Positions 38,662 through 51,499 of a stretch of DNA of 64,000 nucleotides are shown here, piece after piece. The stretch comes from Callorhinchus milii (taxonomy: Eukaryota). The notes beneath the pieces were generated by a model that saw nothing but the letters and a program-made list of their open reading frames with translations, had not been told where the DNA came from and ran no database searches. A program made the translations under genes and the position numbers. The DNA lies in NCBI RefSeq assembly GCF_018977255.1, contig NW_024704743.1, positions 47,060,001 through 47,124,000 on the forward strand. The letters are read 5' to 3'. How positions within the stretch are numbered: the first letter of the stretch is position 1; every line of letters starts with the position of its first letter.

Positions 38662-39786
38662 CAGAGGTTTATTGCAAATGCATCAAAAACTGCGAGAAAA
38701 TGTGTTCTATACTGCAATACGTAAAATCCCAGACCCACTGTGATGTAGGATTACTATACTTAGTTTCCCAAGAAGCACTGTCATCTGCATCATGTCTTAA
38801 ATAATATATAATTTCTCTCTCAGCCCCTCCTTCTGTCAAACCCTGTGAATTACAAGTCAGAACAGTGTGAGATGTGGTGTGATGCTGAGCCCTGTTCTGT
38901 ACTGAGTTTCCTTTTCTCAGATGGCATTGATATAATTGTTTGGATTGCCCCTGGGCTAGGAAGGAGAGGAATAACAATTGGCTGGGCTCCTGCATGTGAT
39001 AGACAACCATTCAATGACCCCCACTGGAGGAGCACATGAGGGAAAGGGGAACACGAGTCAGAAAATTGAATGGGGGTGGGGGGGCAGAAGATAAAACCAT
39101 CACAGTACCTTTGGCTGCATTTCTTGTATACCAAAATATGTTCCAAGAAATATGACAAATGGCATATTAACACCATTACAAGGCACTTACATTGGATTCC
39201 TCTTATTACAAATATTATGTCTGGTGGCTTTTGAAAGGTTATTCCTAAGTGCACAAAGGATTTTCAGTTTTACTTCAAGTAGCAGCTGAGTGAGTGGCTG
39301 CTGGGCTTACTGCAGTCTTGCATTTAGAATGCACATCAGTGTATAATGAGATGCACAGTATTTGTGCCTGAATGAAATGAAAGAATCAGATGCCAGTAAC
39401 TTCAAGATTCATTAAGATATAAGCTGCAACCCAACTTCAAATCTATAGCACTGTGACACTAAAAGCTGCTACCAAAGCATAATGAAATTCTTCAGCGCAG
39501 AAGGAGGCCAGTCGGCCCATCGTGCCTGTGCTTTGAAAGAGCTACCAATTACTTTCCCTATAGCCCTGCAATTTTGTTTTCCTTTTCCAAATAAATATCC
39601 TTTTGAAAATGATTATTGAATCTGCTCCCACTACCCTCTCAGGCAGTGCATTCCAGACCGTAACAGCTCACAGTCGTAACAACTATACCAATATAGAAAC
39701 ATTCAAGTAAACACTGAAGGGCAAACAGTCTACCTGGGTCTAGACTTACGATTTTTCCCTAAGCATTTCAGAGATATCGGCAATTC

Positions 39787-39920
39787 TTAAATTCAGTCTC
39801 ATTTTAATTTTGAAGTCTGTTTTGTGTTTCAATAACTAAGAAAAAAAATTACGGTGGTTTTCTTAGTTCTTGAAAGCACAACCTACAGAAAATAGGCTTC
39901 AAAATTAAAATGGAATTTAA
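39787..39920. repeat. Imperfect palindrome / hairpin
   Basis: cattttaattttgaagtctgtttt pairs with aaaataggcttcaaaattaaaatg; tgtgtttcaataactaagaaaa pairs with ttttcttagttcttgaaagcaca. Confidence 0.85.
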
Positions 39921-39924
39921 AAAT

Positions 39925-40640
39925 TAATAATAATAATCCTTGTATTAGATATAACACCTTACTTACCATGTTGAAACATCTTAAAGTGCTTCATAGAGTT
40001 TTCTGTAAAAACTGTGACTGTGTATTTGTAGGCAAACATGGCATCCAATTTGCAGACAACCATGTCGCACAAACTGCCATAAAATGAATGACCAATTTCT
40101 TTTATCTGGGTTATGAATGGCGAGCCACAAGGAGACACTCCCTTCTCTTTTTAAATAGTGGTATGAAATCTTTAACATACACATGAACAGACAGATGAGA
40201 CCACAGTTTAAACATACTGTCCCAAGGACACTACCTACAATAATTCAACAGCACCTCGCATTTCTATAGCACCCTTCACGTGGGGCAGTGTCCCGGAGCG
40301 CTTGACAGTAGCAGAGTCTGACACTGAGACGGAAGGGAGGGAAGGGAGTGGTGACCATTAGCACTGTCAAAAAGGAAGGTCTATGGGTGGGATTTGAAAG
40401 TGAGGAGCGCGCAAGATGGAGGGATTGAGGGAGAGAGTTCTATAGTGTAATGGCTGAAGGCATGGCCACCAATGGTGGAATGGAGGGGACGAGAGTCAAC
40501 CAGGGGACCGGAACCAGAACTCATAGGTCCCCCAGCACTGCATTGACATATTAGCCTGGACACTGAACTCAAAGTGGAGCTTGAACCCATAACTTTCGGA
40601 TCCAGAGGCAAGAGTTCTACCAATTGAGCAAGTTGACACC
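39925..40640 (-). mobile_element. Deu-domain SINE split by an L2 3' fragment (~40245-40500)
   Basis: SINE tail and Deu core at 39925-40240, L2 tail, then the SINE head at 40525-40640. Confidence 0.7.
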
Positions 40641-42604
40641 TGGTACAATCTCAAACTGCCTCAACCTTTGATGTCTACCTAACTAGGTAGACAAGGCCTT
40701 GGTTTAACATCACATTTGAAAAACTCTTAACAATAAAGCACACATCAGTACTGTGTTGCAGTATCAGCCTAGATTGTATGTGTTTCAAATGCTCAAGTGC
40801 AAGGATTATTATTTTATCTATTATATGTTTGTCTCCTTGTTCCTACTATTTGCAGACTACGTCAGGCATACCTGCATCTATCTTGGATACTTCAGTCAGC
40901 AAACAACAGGCCCGCCCTCAGCGTCTGATCTCTAACTTGAGAAGTAGGTGCACAAGACTGAATCATCAGTATTTGTACTTTTACTCATGGTAATATACTC
41001 CACTAGCAGCCTGATAGTACCCATGTCATGCAAAAACATTTTGTGATACTGATCATAGCTTTTTGGGGGGGTCTGACACATGCAGAAATCTATGGTTATG
41101 CTTGAGTATCCAAACAACTGAGAGTTCCACATATGAATGCAAAATTCCCTTCGTATGGAATGGAGTGACATACCCTGGTCACCAAATCCTGGAATGTTTA
41201 TGTGCCAGTACACAAGATCCAAGATTTATATTCACCCAGAGTGTGCATTGGGGAATCACCCCACTGGTCTACTTCTGACGTGTCTAAAGTTATGATGCCT
41301 AACATTACCTGATAATGTCTTTAACCTTGAAAATTGTGGCCTAAGTCATGATTGCCAGTTTGATTTCCAGTAATGTCACGCTGTCCACTGCTGATCTTGC
41401 CTATGTTATGCATTTCTGGAACCCTGCTTTTGAAAACTTTGGTGATTCACTTGTATCAATTCAGATATCTGCAAAGGCTTTCACAGCACCTCTCAATATG
41501 CACTTCTAAAGCTTTATACATAGCTATCTAGTTTCCTCACTAATCACTCCATCTCTACTGCAGTTGAAAGTTCATCTTTTGATTGTTTGTCATGAACACA
41601 AGCACGCCCAGGACTCAGTTCTCATTCCCATTTGTTCCTCACCATATCATTCACCTCTTCCACTTATCATCCAGACCTATGTACTTCTTTTGCTGAAAAA
41701 AATTCCTCTACTTTGTTTAGAACACAACAACAAAAACAAATTACATTGTATAGCACCTTTCACGTGGGGAGGATGTCCCAATGCGCTGACATCATCAGTG
41801 CCCACACCTTCTTCATATTTTTTTGTGCAGTAGCTAAATCACCACATAGAAACCTGACCTATATAAGCAGCAAATGATAATCTGGCAAATGAAACTTTCG
41901 CATCTCCTCTGTTGCCAAAGAAGATTAGTTTCCTCTGTCACAATTACCTTTCCTGTCAACAACTTCTTTTATAGCCCAGGTTTGTCCAAAATGTCAATAT
42001 TTTTCCTCCAGCTGAGGAATCTCATCTAGCCCTTCCCGGTAACTCCTGGATAGAATGCAATATGCCATCTGTTTATTAATTCTTCCTCAACCTCTGGCCT
42101 TCAATTCTCTCTGTCACAACCACTCACATCTCTCTATGTTGTCATTTGGATAGAATAGATACATTTAAGAAGGTGGACCTTCATGAGGGGGAATCTTTCC
42201 CGGTCTTGTTCCTGCAATGAGGGGTTTGGGGTGTGAAGTTAGCATTGAGGTTTAATAACCCTTAAATTTGATGAGTGCCTATAATGTCAAAATTCCTCAA
42301 GGCTCTTTACAGGCAATTGCTATAAAATGTTAACATCCACCTGAACAGGCAGGCCGGACCTCAGCTTAACATCTCATTGACAACTGTAGTGTTAACCTGG
42401 ACTATGGGTTGAAAGTCCCTGGAGCTTGAACCCTGACCTTCTGAACCAGAAACTATGGAACTAACAATTAAGTCCAGCTAACACTTAATAACTTGCATTT
42501 CTATCTATCATTGAGTAACCCCTGCCTGAAGTCTGTATGTGTGGATGCCAGGCTAGGACATGGATGAAGATAGCTGTGATCGCCCCAGAGTTAAATAGCT
42601 CACT

Positions 42605-43306
42605 TAGGCCCTGGGCCAACAGAAAAGTGCAGCTGCAGTTTTCCCGCAGAACCCGCCATAAATAGCACCCTCCACTACAAACCCGCTAAAAACAAAGTTC
42701 CTGGCCCCGGGCCTCTGTGCTGTTTATCCGACACAAGCACAAGCAGGAAATGGGCTTCGCTCCATCCAGAGGCTCCGCTGTTGTGAGTGTCCGTGTGTCT
42801 CTTTCTCTCTATGTCTGTGTGTGCTTGTGAGTGTGTCGCTCTCCTCTGTATGTTTGTGAGGGTGTCTGTGTGTGTCTCTTCTATATGTGTGCGTTTCTGA
42901 GTGTGTCTGTGTGAATGTGTACCTCTCTCTGTCTGTGTGTGTGTGTATACATCTGTGTCTATGAGTGTGTGTCTCACTGATATTGTGTCTCTCTCTGTGT
43001 CTGTGAGTGTATGCCTCCTCTCTCTAGGTTCTCTGTGTACGGTGCCAGACTTTGAGAGGCAGGAGTTGGTGAGCTCCCGTAGTCTTGCTGGTCCTGTGCT
43101 GGTGTCCCACCCCCACCAAATGGGGCCACTCGGGTTTTGTGAAAGAAGAATTTTTTTTGGAATAATCTAATAACCATCCTTACGATTAGTTTTCATCAAA
43201 GTGAAAAATTGATTGGTGCTAATCAACTCCCCACATTTTTACGAAAATTTCAAATTCCCCACAATTTTTGGCAAATATTTCCGTACTATTCTATTGGTGC
43301 AGCCTA
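42605..43306. mobile_element. MITE-like element (copy 2) with an internal TG/TC low-complexity tract (42780-43030)
   Basis: ctgggccaacagaaaagtgc and tttttggcaaatatttccgtactattctattggtgcagccta match the two ends of 26125-26920. Confidence 0.75.
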
Positions 43307-43903
43307 TGTTAAATACCCAGAATGGTAATAGGTAAAATATTGAAGACCTTCCACCCATCAAAATCCAACACTAGCATGAGTTATGTTTTCAGAACTGGAA
43401 GGGCAAAGGGAAAGAATTGGAAGGGGAGAAAAGAGGTGCATTTTAATATACATTTCGCGGTAGAATACTTTATTGCTCATAACATGAAATTTTTTTTTAT
43501 TCATCAAGAAATAAAATTTTAGACCATCAGAAAAACACCCTTAAGTAGCCTGTGCTTCTTCAGCAGTCCACATTTCCATAACTGATAAAAGCAATCAAGG
43601 TCCTACAACCACAAACACAATAGGTTTATTCACTTGTGAATTTCTCCACCTCAGAGCTAGTTAAAATTCCTTCAGCATCATTTATTTGGCGCATACATTT
43701 ATTATGCCGCCAGCATGAGATTATGTTTCCAAGTAGGTAATGTTTCTCATCAAGTATTGCTAATTCACATTATTCATCGTTAGGGAAGAATTGCTACTTC
43801 TGAAATGACGAATGACAGCGTGTCTAAAACCTACACAGTATGAAGCATAATGTGTACAGTAATTCTATGTTCACTAATAAAAAGTGTGAATGAATATCCT
43901 CAC

Positions 43904-44189
43904 CTTTTCTACTGAGATGTTTTCATCATTCAGAAGGAATTTCTTCCTGCTCTCTCTCTTGGCTTTGAGCAACCTCTTTGAGGACTGTTCTCTCAGCAAC
44001 GTGGCATATCCTATGTGTTCATAGATAGGGTTTGTCGTCATCTTTGATATATATTCAGATGCTTTAGTTTCTATGTACAGGGTTATCAAGCCATCAGTCA
44101 CTAGATCATGGATTGATTCAAAGCGTTTCTCTCCAACAAAGTGCTTTCCATCGTAAAACAATCTGTAGTTCAAAGTTTGATTTCCAAAC
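43904..44189 (-). CDS. CHN2: Beta2-chimaerin coding exon (exon 6 equivalent), SH2 C-terminal half and linker [11 protein letters not shown]...ISVEK
   Basis: tttgcag|GTTTGG...GAAAAG|gtgagg. 286 nt, phase 2 to 0. [11 protein letters not shown] and [19 protein letters not shown] are CHN2-type. Confidence 0.97.
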
Positions 44190-46039
44190 CTGCAAAAGAG
44201 AAGAAAATAAATTGATGTGTATTCCAGACCAATCCAACTGTGCACTGGTCATACACATAAACTATTCAACAGAAATGAAACAGTGTGTTATGATCACCAA
44301 TTTGTCACCCCCAGAGAAAGTTCTGGTACACCCAAATATATTGCACATATTGCTCTATAATTAAAGGCATTAAAAATGTATTTTAAACTACTTTGTGTGT
44401 CTCTTCAGTCCAAAGTCTCCTTACTTTGGAATGGTGGAGAGAGTTAGCCACATCTGCACATCCAGGGACAAACCATCTGTAACAGGATTTAAGTCCGAAG
44501 TTCCAGCAGTCAGTTGCTACATTTGCCAGGATGGTGGCCACCTGGCATTGTTGGCGATGTGTGCAAGGAACTGAGAGCCGAGGTGAGTCTTGTGTTGGAA
44601 TTGGTGGCATTTTTGTGGATGTAGAACTCCTATATTCTAATTTCTATAATTTATAAACTGAACACTTGAGCTAGTTTAGGAAATGTAGGATTACTAATAA
44701 AACACAGCACCTTGAAAATGTGTCAAAGAAGTTACATTGTGAAAAAACCTCACTCGACAGCTTTCACTTCCTCTGTTGACAGAAGATTGTTTATCAAATC
44801 AGACCATTGAGAATAAGCACCAATAGTTTACCGCAGGCATATAGTATTCATACAAAGGATTTAATTTCCGGAAGGACCTAAAGATTTGTCAGTGTCATGG
44901 CCTAGCAATGCTTTAAATCTATCTCTAGTGCATGTGAGAGAGAGCATACAATACAAAAGGAAAGTGATGATGTAGAATTGTTGTTTAGACAGTTAGAGGA
45001 CGATGTCCAGTTTTGGTCAACCCACTTTTGGAAGGGTGTGAGAACCATAGAGAGGACACAGAGGAGATTTACAAGGATGATACCAGGAATGAGTGGTGGA
45101 CCCTAAGAGCAGAGACAGGAGGACATGAGCCATTTGAGTGGAAGAAAAGAGCAAGAATGAAAAATATAAGGGACATCATTTTTAGAGAGGGAGTTTCTTT
45201 CATTCTTGAAGAAAAGTCTGGGAGTGAGTGGTGGCTTAACCAGTCTGTTTGCCACTGGAATCTGTGTTTTATACTGCAAAGACTAATGGGATGCAAGTTT
45301 TCCTCTGCTGGCTTAAGGTCCATATTGGCAATGGATTTAGGCCAGTTCATATTCAGTATTTAATGCTGCACATAACATAAAACTAGTCACAACGTAATAC
45401 AAATTAGCAATGTCAATAAGAACCAAATGCAGTAGGGGACACTCTCCTGGGATGGGGTAAAGGCACAGTTGCAGCACAGATAACATAAGAACATAAGAAA
45501 TGCTAGATTAAAAAAAAGACCATAGTCCATCTAGTTCACCTTCAAGCTTCCTGGCGGTCAGGTGCACATATGTCCAAAACTGCCTATGTACTATATCCCA
45601 TATTGTTATTTCCTAAAAGAAAACTATTTAATCTATGTTTGAAAGACAGATGGTGCTTTACTTCTTTGTACCTGGGGGTTTTTTTTGACTGAAAGAGGCA
45701 TTCCCGGATGACGACACTGGATGCTAAGAGTTCAAAAATGCTCTGAGCCCAGTTCTGAACCCTTACGTTAATAAGTACAGATTAAAAAAAAAACGTTGTT
45801 TCAAGTAAGAACTGGAAGGTACTAAAAAAATTTTTTATTATGCCTTCCCCCGCCCACTCCCTCTGTTTTGCCAAGTTTAGGCTGCCCCATATCCCCCCCC
45901 GACCCCATCATTTGAGCCTTCAGTCACCTTCCTTGCTCTCTGAAACACTCCCCAAATCCCTCTGCCTCACACCCTCCCTTTCTGCTTTCAAAACGCCTCT
46001 TAAAATCAATCTCTTTGTCTATGCCTTTGGTCATCTCCT

Positions 46040-46353
46040 GTAAAGTCCTGTAGCTCAGTGGTTAGAGCACTTGCCTCACAAGCGAGAGACCTGGATTCAA
46101 TTCCCGGGAGGGTGAAATCTTGGGCAAGTTTCCTTACTCCACACGCATGAAAATAATCCCTCAAGCATAAAAACCAATAATAATTTGGTCACTCAATCCA
46201 CAACTGTTTGTGGGACATTGCTATGCGCACTTGGCTGCAGCGTTTCACCCACAAAACGTACAGTCAATTCACCTTACAGTATATTCTGTCAAGCACTTTG
46301 AGATGTCTAGAAGACATGAAAACTCTATATCAAATCAAGGAATTTCTTTTATT
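46040..46353 (+). mobile_element. Young tRNA-derived SINE, short variant, inserted in an L2 3' fragment (~45840-46445)
   Basis: Full head and body; atctcct duplicated at 46033-46039 and 46354-46360. Confidence 0.9.
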
Positions 46354-47924
46354 ATCTCCTTCCTTTTATCTCCCAACCTACCTCTGTGAAACACCTTGAG
46401 ATGTTTAACAACATGAAAGGACCTATATAACTGCACGTAGTTGGTGTCATGGAATATAATGGCACACATGACACTCCAGGCAGGAGCTCAGTAGGAATGA
46501 TTCAAAAAGAAATTGATTGAAAACATACTCAGAAGTGTAGCCGGAGAGATGTGAGGAAGAGAGAATTCCATACGGAACAGAAAACCAGAAGGGAAAAGAA
46601 AAAGCTGAAAAATAGACATTACTGATAACAATAAAGCTTCTGAAGCTCTAGCAACCAGCAAATTTTCCACATAGCATAGAGGCATTACGCTATCTCTCAA
46701 GTGGCCACTACTTGCTTGAATCTGCAAGTTCACATGTTCTCAGTCCAGTTGAGCTGTGGATATTTGCTCTACAAAGGAGACGTTTCTTTGTGACAAATCC
46801 CGGTCAGTTCTTTTTGGCCGTGATAAAGGGGAGCTGCAAATTTCAGTTAGCCTTCATGCAGCAGATATTCAAGGGACTAGAAAGACAATGATTGGTGAAG
46901 AGAAGGTAAAGCCAGCAGTAATCTTTAATACCAAAATGCAATCTAGGGATTGACCCTATTAAGCTGTACCAAAGTATTTAGCATAAATACAAGAAGTGAT
47001 GGAAGTTAGTCTCTATGATGCTTACAGGCACCAACAGGAACATTTCTTTTCACTGCAATTCTTTTCAATCCACTAAAATGAGGTGTTGGAGCGACAAATA
47101 AACCACCTACCATACACGGATAGTTTTCTGCCAAAATATCACACATCCCAACAGGGAAATGTCTGCTCCTATATACCTTGTGTGCAATAGTAAGAGGGGA
47201 GCACACACCCTGGTTTCCCGAATGTAGTCAGAAGCTCTGGGCAATGACAGTGATCTTTTGCGCCACAGAAAGTATGCAAAGCAATTGCCTTTATTTTTGA
47301 TCAACCAAATGCAGGTCTCAATGCTGGTTTAAGCTTGTGAAGTATAAGACGCGAGTTCAACCAAGTTCTCTTTCATGGTTCTCCTGGGTATGCAACAAAA
47401 TTGCCCATGCTCCCCCTCATGAACAAGTTCACGATTTAGCTTCCATGAAGAGGCTCTTCCTTACATGTTAAATTTATTAAACCACACACATAGCACCAAG
47501 GTACATAAAGCAGAGAACTAGTGCAGAGTCCAAACCACATGACAAATGTTTCCGCAAATTCCCCTTGTGAAATAAACTCTTCCGCATTTTGTGAGGCAAG
47601 AGTGTCTAAAGCAGTGGAAGGAGAGGAGGCAGATAGATTTCTGCTAGAAAATCATATCTCGGGATACAGTATGTAGTTTGGGACACAATATGTCAAGCAA
47701 CTGCCAGGATTGTGGAAGGCGAACTGGATGGACCTTGGTCTTCTTTCACCTAGCAAATTACTTTGTTCTTATATTCTTAAGAGTGCTATATAAATGCAAG
47801 GTTTTTGTTGAGATGGCAAACACCAAATTTAATTTCAACAATGTTTCATTAATATCTAGGCTAACATCAATCAAACCAGCCCCTTTAAGACAAATAACCA
47901 GAGACCGCCTGACCCTTAGGTTTT

Positions 47925-48357
47925 AATAATAATAATAATCCTTGCATTTGATATAGCGCTTTTTACGTCGGGAGGACGTCCCAAAGCGCTTCACAGAACA
48001 CACTGTAAAGTGAATTGACTGTATATTTGTGGGCGAACGCGGCAGCCAATTGCGCACAGCAATGTCCCACAAACAGTCGTGGATTGAAAATGACCAATTT
48101 ATTATTATTGTTTTTGGAGGGATTATTATTAGGCGTGTGGAGTAAGGAAACTTGCCCAAGGTTTTGCCCTGTCTGGAATTGAACTCAGGTCTCTCGCTTG
48201 CAAAGCGAGTGCCCTAACTACTGAGCTACAGGACTCCACTCTACTTTTCAGTAGATAATAATAACAATAATAATCCTTGCATTTGATACAGCGCTTTTCA
48301 CGTCTTCTCGACGTCTCAAAGCGCTTCACAGAATGGACTGTAAAGTGAATTGACCGC
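47925..48357 (-). mobile_element. Full-length short-variant SINE (47925-48239) plus a tandem 3' fragment (~48255-48357)
   Basis: Two family tails in the same orientation. The CpG-rich copy is close to consensus. Confidence 0.92.
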
Positions 48358-48402
48358 TTATTTGTTGCGATAGGAAAGTTGACTAAACGATTAGCCACTG
48401 AC

Positions 48403-48516
48403 CTGAGGGCTAATGTGTTGCTACCAGGCTGGCGCTGGCTCTCCCTGATCAGATAAGCTCCCTCCACTCCGCCGAGCAGCTCATCGGCCTGCTCGCGAGA
48501 GATCATCCCGTGAAAC
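48403..48516 (-). CDS. CHN2: Beta2-chimaerin coding exon (exon 5 equivalent), SH2 N-terminal half [37 protein letters not shown](R)
   Basis: tttcag|G...CTCAG|gtcagt. 114 nt, phase 2 to 2. Contains the SH2 YLIRES (FLVRES-type) motif. LLGGVEGAY is CHN2-type, not CHN1-type. Confidence 0.97.
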
Positions 48517-49349
48517 CTGAAATTGGAAAAGCACTTTTTTTTACTATTGGGATCAAGAAGATCATCTTTCACTTTTCAACACCAATATAACATGCACCGT
48601 GGATATTTAAAATATGCTTATGCAAAGTTTCCCCTGCTACTATACAATTTATTCATAGTTTTAATTCACAATATATCAACACTGAACCAATTATGCCAAT
48701 TGCCTGAATTATCTAGAAATGACTGCATTATACTTATTGTGTGAAAATAACTATAGTAGATCCACGATTATGTGTCACGCTGGAAGACTCCAACAGGTTA
48801 TTCACTTTGGTAGATAATCAAGGTTCTACTTTATGCGAATTATAGCTGGGAGCAGCCTCAGGGAGCTGAGGCTAATTGTAGCACCTCTAACACAGTCCTA
48901 GATAGGGAAAAGGCCATGCACTATCAGCACCCTGGTGAGCAGTTATTGGATTAATATGGATATCCTTAACACAGAACAACCAAGTCTTTACATTAAATAT
49001 AGAAAATAGCCACAGTATTTCAGTGGGTCTGAGAACATATTGGCTTGTTCTCTACAGTTTTGCATTCTGTATTATACTGCTGGTAAAGAAAGCACAGTTT
49101 ATCGTCATGACCACAACGCTATAAACTGCAATGCATCAACAAAATTACATTTCAATCCTGTACAAACCACAGTCTGAGAAAATTAGTGTACATCACTCGG
49201 TCAAAGATAATTTGTTTTAAATGCCACCAAACTGTTCATCCAGCATTGGTCTGATTTGTACTTTGTCCTTGTCAAAGGAAAAAAAGTTTCCTATCAGCTG
49301 TTTTCAAATGCTATACCAAACACAGAAAAATAGAAAATAGTTTACATAC

Positions 49350-49381
49350 TCTCTTCCATAGTACTTTGGCCTGTTTTCAAC
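49350..49381 (-). CDS. CHN2: Beta2-chimaerin coding exon (exon 4 equivalent), VENRPKYYGR(E)
   Basis: cag|GTTGAAAACAGGCCAAAGTACTATGGAAGAGA|gtatgt. 32 nt, phase 0 to 2. Identical to the chimaerin VENRPKYYGRE motif. Confidence 0.96.
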
Positions 49382-49457
49382 CTGAAATTAAAAGAACATT
49401 ATTACCAATAAATAACACACTTCAGCATTTCAAGAAAACTCAGAATAATCATGAATA

Positions 49458-49745
49458 CTAATAATAATCCTTGCATTTGGTATAGCGCCTTATCACGTCA
49501 AAAAGACTTCTCAAGACACTTCACAGGATTTACTGTGAGATGGAACGACTGTGTATATCTAGGCAATTGTAACAGCACAATTATGTACAGCAATGTCCCA
49601 GAAACAGCCATGGAGTGAGTCACCTATTTTGTTTGGGGGATTATTAGTTAGAACACCAGGGGAAACTCCCTTCTATTTTCGAATAATGCCATGAGATGTT
49701 TAACGTCCACCTGAACAGGAAGGCCGAACTTTGGTTTAACTTCTA
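49458..49745 (-). mobile_element. Deu-domain SINE 3' half (older family)
   Basis: Family tail plus cgaataatgccatgagatgtttaacgtccacctgaacagg. Confidence 0.78.
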
Positions 49746-51465
49746 AACTGAAGAACTTATTTAATTAGAAAAACATTATGCAATTTGCCGCAAAACAAGT
49801 ACAATCAAGATCATCTGCATTTTTGTTTTGATATTTATCTTAATACAAGAGAAATGTTTTCTGTGTATAAGCACAGTCCTCATTGACATTTGATAAGACA
49901 TTAATTATTTTAGCTTTACTATCCATATACTACCACAACAGCAAAAACAACTTGCACTTATATAACGCCCTTCACACAGAGTAGCATCTCGGAATGCTTA
50001 CTACACTGTCCCAGTCGCTCTTGTTGCGCAGCACACACCAGCCTGCTTTATGTCCCCTATGCTACCCTCCCCACCATAGGGGGACAGGCTTTCAGCCTTT
50101 CTGTACCCGCTCTATTGAACTCGTTCTAGGCAAGTCTCAAGATGTATCTCTTTGACTGCGCCATCAGTCATCTTTCCCCTCCTCATCCACCTCAGTTCCC
50201 ATCCCTGAGCCAGAATTGTTAAATGTTGTGAGAAGTCTTCCGGATATGAAAAGCGCTAAAAAATCTAAATTGAATTTCACAAATACCCACTTTGAGGAAC
50301 AAATAGCAATGGTAACTTTGAGACTGCACAGGATCTGTCATCCGTAAATGTTGCTTGCTTGCAGTGTGTGTTGATAAAAGTCATGGTCTCCTGTGTAACA
50401 CAGGATTATGTTTGTAGATATTAATATCCAACATTGAATATTATTGATTTAGAGAAATGCAGTGAACCAAAAATCCATTTAGCATTCACCTCATGCTTTT
50501 ACATTAAATATTTAAAATGGGCTTTTGAAGTATTTTAAGAGAGACAATATAAATGGGTACAGGGAATTGGGATTAGATTATAACTCCAGTGGAGAAGCGA
50601 GCATCAACATGTAGGCTCGAAGGACCTCCTTCTGTGCTATAATTTCTATGATTCTGCTTTTTAAGATTACTTTAAAAAAAGTAGCACATTTCTGCAAATG
50701 TTCTTTTCAGCTTCCAGCCCAATGAGTTAACAAGCAAAAATTGACAAGGGTCAGACTTTCACTCTAATGAGCTGGACTTTATATGGACAAAGCTTTGAAA
50801 CAGAGCATATCTTTTGCAATAATAATCTTTGCAGTTGATGCATCGCCTTTCACATCGGAAAGAGGTCTCAAACAGCTTCACATGATTCACTGTGAAATGG
50901 ATTGACTATATTTTGTAGGAGAACACAGCAGCCCAATTGCACACAGCAGCATCCCACAAACAGCCATGAAATGAAAATAAGCAATTTTAGCTCTTTGAAT
51001 CCCTTTGGGAAATACAGTAACGCAAATTAGACAGGCCGTAATCTGAGATCCAAAATGTCAATGGGCCAGCACTAAAAAAACTCCAAGATGACCAGGAAGA
51101 CCTCTATCAACTCCGATGACATGATTCAAAAGAGGGAAAAGAAGGTGTTCTCCTACTGCTCTGGGCAGCTCTCCTCCAGATAAAATAGTCCTTCACTTTA
51201 CAGCTTTTTGTGACCTTGTTGGCACAATTGGTTGCCAAACTGACCTAAGAAGATCACTGTACCTTTGCCAACAAAATATATAGTCAATTCACTTTACAAT
51301 ATATTTTGTGAAGCACTTTGAGACATCTCTAAAACATGATAAGGCGCTATATCAAATGCAAGGATTATTATTATGTTACTATTATAGCTAATACTAATTA
51401 CCTGTGAAGTGTTTTAAAATGTTTCAGTGTGATGAGGCGCTATACAAGGGGTTTATAAACTGCAG

Positions 51466-51499
51466 CTGCAATGTTACTTGAAGTCCACAAGGTGGTGCT
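51466..51499 (+). promoter_or_regulatory. Putative CTCF site with core and upstream motif
   Basis: Core CCACAAGGTGGTGC at 51485-51498, preceded by CTGCAATGTT at about the canonical ZF9-11 spacing. Confidence 0.5.

Noticed and set aside
42675..43170. His/Thr-rich and Val/Cys/Ser-rich ORFs
   Set aside because: Translation artefacts of a TG/TC low-complexity tract.
43874..48572. Assignment to CHN1 (alpha-chimaerin)
   Set aside because: Diagnostic motifs ([31 protein letters not shown]) favour CHN2.
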